A stretch of 49,558 nt of DNA from Crocinitomicaceae bacterium. Lineage in GTDB: Bacteria > Bacteroidota > Bacteroidia > Flavobacteriales_D > CAJJDF01. The translations under genes and the position numbers were made by a program. Position 1 is the stretch's first letter; each line of letters opens with the position of its first letter. The notes beneath the pieces are model-generated. The model made no database searches. It saw only the letters and a program-made list of their open reading frames with translations, and was not told where the DNA came from. Location of the stretch: NCBI GenBank assembly GCA_024639505.1, contig JAHEIE010000013.1:1-49558 (forward strand). Direction: 5' to 3'. Shown here piece by piece: positions 45,194-49,558 of this stretch.

Positions 45194-46132
45194 TTAATCG
45201 AAATGGCTGACAATTTTTTCTCCCAAAAATTGGGCAATTTTTACATTGGATTGTTGCGTCCATCCGGCAACATGGGGCGAAAGAACTACATTTTGTGCTT
45301 TAGACAAGTAGTCAAAAGTGTCCGATTTTTCATTTTCAAACATAGACTCAAAGCTAGTTTTTTCGTACTCCAAAACATCCAAACAAGCGCCAAGAACTTT
45401 ACCAGATTCAAGACCTACAACTAAGTCTTGTAACACAACCGATTGCCCTCTGGCAGTATTCAAAAGATAAAATGGCTTTTTTACTGAATCGATAAAACTT
45501 TTATCCACCATATTCTTTGTTTCTGGGGTAAGTGGAGTGTGCAACGAAATGATATCCGCTTCTTTTAAAACAGAGTTTAAGGTTGATTCTTTCCCAAAAG
45601 AATTGCTATAATTTGATAAATATTTGTCATAAACCAAGCAGGTAACTCCAAACCCAGAAAGTCTTTGTGCCATGGCTTTTCCCATTACACCATATCCAAT
45701 TATTCCTACGGTTTTTCCCATCAATTCCTCACCCCAATTAGATTTTCTATCCCATTGTCCGTTTTTCACTTCAAGATTGGCGGTATTCAGTTTGTTAAAC
45801 AACATCAATATCATACCAATTCCGTGTTCTGCAACAGAGTCTCTGTTCCCTTCGGGTGATCTAAAAACCTGAATTCCTTTGCTTTCGGCAAATGTTACAT
45901 CAATGTTTTCTAATCCTGCGCCTGGTCTTCCAATAAATTTTAGTTGAGTTCCTTTTTCAATAAAATCCTTGTCCAAAATCATTCTGCTTCGCACAATAAT
46001 ACCATCGTATTGATGAAGTTTTTTCTTAATTTCTTCTTTCGTTGATGTGTCGTCTATTTCAATTGTCCATCCTTTTTTCTCGAATATGGAATGCAGAATA
46101 GGGTGGGTGTTATCTATAAATAGTATTGTCAT
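45194..46132 (-). CDS. D-isomer-specific 2-hydroxyacid dehydrogenase (phosphoglycerate-dehydrogenase-like)
   Basis: 312 aa. GKTVGIIGYGVMGKAMAQRL NAD site, NTARG, and VLSPHVAGWT catalytic His region. Confidence 0.85.
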   Translation of the reverse strand: MTILFIDNTHPILHSIFEKKGWTIEIDDTSTKEEIKKKLHQYDGIIVRSRMILDKDFIEKGTQLKFIGRPGAGLENIDVTFAESKGIQVFRSPEGNRDSVAEHGIGMILMLFNKLNTANLEVKNGQWDRKSNWGEELMGKTVGIIGYGVMGKAMAQRLSGFGVTCLVYDKYLSNYSNSFGKESTLNSVLKEADIISLHTPLTPETKNMVDKSFIDSVKKPFYLLNTARGQSVVLQDLVVGLESGKVLGACLDVLEYEKTSFESMFENEKSDTFDYLSKAQNVVLSPHVAGWTQQSNVKIAQFLGEKIVSHFD

Positions 46133-46143
46133 TGTTCAAGAAA

Positions 46144-46794
46144 TTAACAAATAAGTCCATCTTTCATCACCAACTTTCTATCGCTCATTTCTGATAACAA
46201 ATTGTTGTGTGTTACAATAATGAATGTCTGATTAAAAGTATCTCTCAATTCGAAAAATAATTTGTGTAATTCCTCTGCATTTTTAGAATCTAAGTTTCCA
46301 CTTGGCTCATCGGCAAGTACCACTGATGGATTGTTAATCAGTGCTCTAGCAACTGAAACTCTTTGTTGTTCACCTCCCGAAAGTTGAGAAGGTTTATGGT
46401 GCATTCTGTCGCTCAATCCAAGCATTTTGAGCAGTTCTTCTGCTCTTTGTTCTACTTCTTTCTTTGGAGTGTTGCTAATGTATCCAGGAATACAAACATT
46501 CTCGAGAGCAGTAAATTCTGGCAGTAAATGATGAAATTGAAATACAAATCCAATGTTTTTGTTTCTGAATTTGGCTAACTCTTTTTTCTTCATTTTAAAA
46601 ACCTCCTTTCCAAGAAAATTTATGGCTCCAGAATCTGCTATATCCAAAGTGCCAATAAGGTGAAGTAAAGTAGATTTTCCTGCCCCAGAAGCTCCTGTTA
46701 TAGCTACAATTTCACCTTGTTTTATTTCTAAATCTACTCCTTTTAATACGGGAAGACTTTGATAAGATTTGGTGAGTTGAGTTACTTTAATCAT
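46144..46794 (-). CDS. ABC transporter ATP-binding protein, LolD/MacB/FtsE type
   Basis: 216 aa. GASGAGKST Walker [26 protein letters not shown]. No FtsX-like permease in the window. Confidence 0.88.
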   Translation of the reverse strand: MIKVTQLTKSYQSLPVLKGVDLEIKQGEIVAITGASGAGKSTLLHLIGTLDIADSGAINFLGKEVFKMKKKELAKFRNKNIGFVFQFHHLLPEFTALENVCIPGYISNTPKKEVEQRAEELLKMLGLSDRMHHKPSQLSGGEQQRVSVARALINNPSVVLADEPSGNLDSKNAEELHKLFFELRDTFNQTFIIVTHNNLLSEMSDRKLVMKDGLIC

Positions 46795-46805
46795 GGATAG
46801 TAGTA

Positions 46806-47168
46806 TTATAAGTCTATAAATTTAGGGATAAAAATTATGCATCCAATGATAACGGATGAAATAGCTGTAATCAAAACTGAACCCGCAGCCATATCTTTAG
46901 CTAATTTTATGAGAGGATCATTTTCCTTAGTTACTTTGTCGCAAAGCCTTTCAATGGCAGAATTTACAATTTCTAAACACACAACAGCACTCATAGTTAG
47001 GATAAGAAATAGCCATTCTGTTTTTGAAATACTCATGTAAAACCCTAAAAAAACAACACAAATGATAGCTATCAAATGTATTTTGAGATGAAATTCCTGT
47101 GAAATCGATTCTACAATCCCATTAATAGCGGCAGTAAACGAATCGATTTGTTTCTTTAGCAATTTCAT
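46806..47168 (-). CDS. dgkA: Diacylglycerol/undecaprenol kinase (DgkA family)
   Basis: About 120 aa from ATG 47168 ([18 protein letters not shown]). [12 protein letters not shown] and KDMAAGSVL are DgkA motifs. The track start 47228 would overlap yciH. Confidence 0.8.
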   Translation of the reverse strand: MKLLKKQIDSFTAAINGIVESISQEFHLKIHLIAIICVVFLGFYMSISKTEWLFLILTMSAVVCLEIVNSAIERLCDKVTKENDPLIKLAKDMAAGSVLITAISSVIIGCIIFIPKFIDL

Positions 47169-47175
47169 ATTCAAC

Positions 47176-47517
47176 TTAGTTTCCTCCTGTTTTTTTTGCT
47201 TTATATCCTTTTGATAGGAGTATTTCAACTACTTTTTCTCTTACTTCTCCCTGTATTATGATTTCTCCATCTTTTGCACTGCCACCAACTCCACATTTCG
47301 ATTTTATTTCTTTTCCCAAATCTTTTAAATCATCGTCAGAACCTACAAATCCAGTAACTAAGGTTACCGCTTTTCCTTTTCTTTGTTTCCGATCTATACT
47401 CACTCGCAAATCCTGTTCGCTAGGTTGTAAAGTTTCTTCATCTTCGAATTCCTCATCTTCCTGATAACCAGGATTAGTGGAGTACACGATGTATTTTTCC
47501 TTTTTCTTTTTCGCCAT
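47176..47517 (-). CDS. yciH: SUI1/eIF1-family translation initiation factor YciH
   Basis: 113 aa. RKGKAVTLVTGF...DLKDLGKEIKSKCGVGGSAKDGEIIIQGEVREKVVEIL matches the SUI1 fold pattern. Confidence 0.85.
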   Translation of the reverse strand: MAKKKKEKYIVYSTNPGYQEDEEFEDEETLQPSEQDLRVSIDRKQRKGKAVTLVTGFVGSDDDLKDLGKEIKSKCGVGGSAKDGEIIIQGEVREKVVEILLSKGYKAKKTGGN

Positions 47518-48932
47518 TACTTCGTTTTTTCTATGATTTCGTAGTTGTTGGTTTCAAAATTTATTTCAATCCAATTTTTTAGTTTCTTACTTCTTGTCTC
47601 AATCAAAGCGGAGTCCGACCAATTTACGACTATCATTAAGGTAGTATCTTGATTTCCTGTCATATCAACGCGGTAAGCTTTTGATGCAGCGAAACTTTCA
47701 AGAGGTTTAAATTCATTGATTAGTTTCAGTTTTTTATTGACAGAGGTTAAGTCATAATTGAAATCGGTTTTCTTGCTGTAATCTTCTTTCAACTTTATTA
47801 TTTCTTTATCTCGATCAATTATTTTTTGTTCCCATTCCTTCACAAGCATCCGATAATCGTCCATTGTAAAGGTGTTGTTTTCAATTTCATCATTCTGAAT
47901 TACAACAAAGCTGGTATTATCCAATCCATAATCCTCACTGTTTAATATTCCTTGAAGCTCTTCTATTCGGGAAACAGATATTGTATTGCTTCCAACCAAT
48001 ACAACAGAGACAGTTCTGGCATCGTAATCAAAATCAGTATCCAAAATCTTAATTTTTGGGATTGTACTTACTCTTTCTTTAACAAACAATCCAGCTGTGT
48101 TGGTAAAAACAGATTTATTGAATACTTCCATAAACTTCATTCCACTAGGTACAAGGATAATAATTAAAATAATAGAGATGTAAATCTTGATATTTCTCTC
48201 TTTCTTTTTGTTTACATAAGTCGCAAGTGGAAACTTTAAATACCTGACAACTACAATAGTAGAAAGGCAAATGAACAAAGAATTGAGCAAAAACAAATAG
48301 AATGCACCAAAAGTATAATCCCAATTTCCAGTTGCTAATCCATAACCCGTAACACACAACGGAGGCATAAGCGCTGTTGCAATTGCTACACCAGGAACAA
48401 CAGTCGAATTATCACTTCGCGAAGCTGCTATAATTCCTGCCAATCCGCCAAAAAAAGCGATAAGTACATCTAAAATTAAGGGTTCTGTTCGGGCCAAAAT
48501 TTCAGTAGTAGCATCTTTAAATGGCATTATCCTAAAATACAAAAAGGAAACCAAAATACTGACAATAGTGGCTATTCCAAAATTGATAAGGGAATAGATT
48601 AAGAGTTTAAAGTTGTTTGTTCCAACACTCAACCCAATTCCTCTAATTGGTCCCATAAGTGGAGAAATAAGCATGGCACCTATCACTACAGCTATGGAGT
48701 TTACATTAAGACCAATAGAAGCGATGACAATCGAACACATTAAAACCCACACATTGTAACCTTTAAATTCAATATCTTTTTTTATGTTATCGATTACTTC
48801 TACCGGATTCACGCTGGAGTCATTACTAAAACTAAAAATTGAAATAATAAACTTCCAAATTGTAGAAGGGATGTTTTTTATCTCTTCTTTTGGCTGCTTT
48901 GCCGTTTCTTGATCCTTTTTATTTGATTCCAT
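47517..48932 (-). CDS. DUF389 (TIGR00341) family membrane protein with a C-terminal soluble domain
   Basis: 471 aa. GAMLISPLMGPI and ALMPPLC segments are typical of DUF389. About 6-7 TM plus a ~200-aa C-terminal region. Confidence 0.72.
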   Translation of the reverse strand: MESNKKDQETAKQPKEEIKNIPSTIWKFIISIFSFSNDSSVNPVEVIDNIKKDIEFKGYNVWVLMCSIVIASIGLNVNSIAVVIGAMLISPLMGPIRGIGLSVGTNNFKLLIYSLINFGIATIVSILVSFLYFRIMPFKDATTEILARTEPLILDVLIAFFGGLAGIIAASRSDNSTVVPGVAIATALMPPLCVTGYGLATGNWDYTFGAFYLFLLNSLFICLSTIVVVRYLKFPLATYVNKKKERNIKIYISIILIIILVPSGMKFMEVFNKSVFTNTAGLFVKERVSTIPKIKILDTDFDYDARTVSVVLVGSNTISVSRIEELQGILNSEDYGLDNTSFVVIQNDEIENNTFTMDDYRMLVKEWEQKIIDRDKEIIKLKEDYSKKTDFNYDLTSVNKKLKLINEFKPLESFAASKAYRVDMTGNQDTTLMIVVNWSDSALIETRSKKLKNWIEINFETNNYEIIEKTK

Positions 48933-48936
48933 GATT

Positions 48937-49558
48937 TTATATGTTTGAGGAATTTAATTTAATGAAATCACTAACAAAATATGCTATAGTTTTTCCAACA
49001 ATATTTTTTTCCAATTCGTTTGTTGGTGCTCCTTCGCAGATATGAAAATAATGAAAATTATAATGGTTAGACAGCTCAAAGATAAGTTTTCTAATTTCTT
49101 CTTCGGAAAAACCAACAGATGTGAAAGCACTCACAGGCATATTCTTGATTGAATCTAAATCCAATTCAAGTCCAATTTTTTCTTTTTTCAAAAGACTAGA
49201 AACTGCGTCCATAATCATGGATTCGCACCAAGATTCATGAGAAATTTGATTGAAAGTTAAGTATTCCAAATTCTCATTTTCTTTAAATTGATTCAAAATG
49301 TATTGAGAATTATATTCTTCGTGCATTCCTAGTACAAAATAATTAGACAATTGTTTGTTGTGAAGCGCATAAGAAAATCCATTGCCACTGTGTCTTCCTT
49401 CCAACTTTCGTAAATCGGCATGAGGATCTATATTCAGCACATCAATTGCCGATTCAAACGAATTGATAATAGGGTAGCAGTTGTTGTGACCTCCACCAAT
49501 AACAATTGGTGTTTTTCCAGCCTCCACAACTTCTTCGATTACTGCTTGTACTCGTAAA
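48937..49558 (-). CDS. Arginase/formimidoylglutamase-family (ureohydrolase) protein; the 5' end lies beyond the window end
   Basis: The track M at 49527 is a GTG. The frame stays open to 49558 (..LRVQAVIEEVVEAGKTPIVIGGGHNN). IDPHADLR (DxHxD), LDLDSI (DxDxxD-like) and HICEG. Confidence 0.72.
   Translation of the reverse strand, partial: LRVQAVIEEVVEAGKTPIVIGGGHNNCYPIINSFESAIDVLNIDPHADLRKLEGRHSGNGFSYALHNKQLSNYFVLGMHEEYNSQYILNQFKENENLEYLTFNQISHESWCESMIMDAVSSLLKKEKIGLELDLDSIKNMPVSAFTSVGFSEEEIRKLIFELSNHYNFHYFHICEGAPTNELEKNIVGKTIAYFVSDFIKLNSSNI

Noticed and set aside
46144-46794. LolD-like ATPase without a permease, as a sign of a novel system
   Set aside because: Stand-alone LolD/FtsE-type ATPase genes separated from their FtsX-like permeases are common. 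The sequence is a completely canonical ABC ATPase.

Overview
This 49.6 kb window is low-GC chromosomal DNA that reads like core genome from a Bacteroidota organism, probably Flavobacteriia-like. That placement is inferred from three type IX secretion (T9SS) C-terminal sorting domains, recurrent TAnnTTTG -7 promoter boxes close to start codons, and frequent lipoprotein signals. I count about 52 tightly packed protein genes in 12 alternating strand blocks. By eye I found no rRNA, tRNA, CRISPR array, IS element or prophage.

Content by function:
- Amino-acid biosynthesis: dapB, aroB, aroA.
- RNA and translation: an RsuA-family pseudouridine synthase, a DEAD-box helicase, a cold-shock protein, CvfB/YitL, YciH/SUI1, fmt.
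- Lipid and envelope: fabI, a GT2-PAP2-GT39 operon, a GT4 plus flippase pair, a second GT-C membrane protein, DgkA, a LolD-like ATPase, several outer-membrane (OM) beta-barrels, and two T9SS cargo proteins.
- Transport: FecCD plus an ABC ATPase, MATE, TerC, DUF389.
- Redox and miscellaneous enzymes, plus XerD.

I did not find a convincing defence island or mobile element. The novelty candidates are hypothesis-level:
1. An unannotated 46-aa peptide ORF (8 Cys, 22 Lys) directly upstream of an ABC importer that lacks a binding protein.
2. A translationally coupled OM trio containing a protein made only of a membrane segment plus a T9SS-sorting-like domain.
3. A class I flavoprotein that lacks the CxxxxC redox disulfide and carries a C-terminal Cys cluster.
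4. A DUF3050 (heme-oxygenase-like fold) gene inside a dapB-aroB-aroA operon.
5. A GT2-PAP2-GT39-barrel operon.
6. A cluster pairing a sphingosine-1-phosphate-lyase-like enzyme with a glycosidase and a Zn-phospholipase-C-like protein.

Other observations are a decayed lemA remnant and the fact that all six convergent gene junctions have zero or negative spacing.

All family calls rest on motifs recognised by eye and from memory. No searches were run, and several start codons are my own re-calls.
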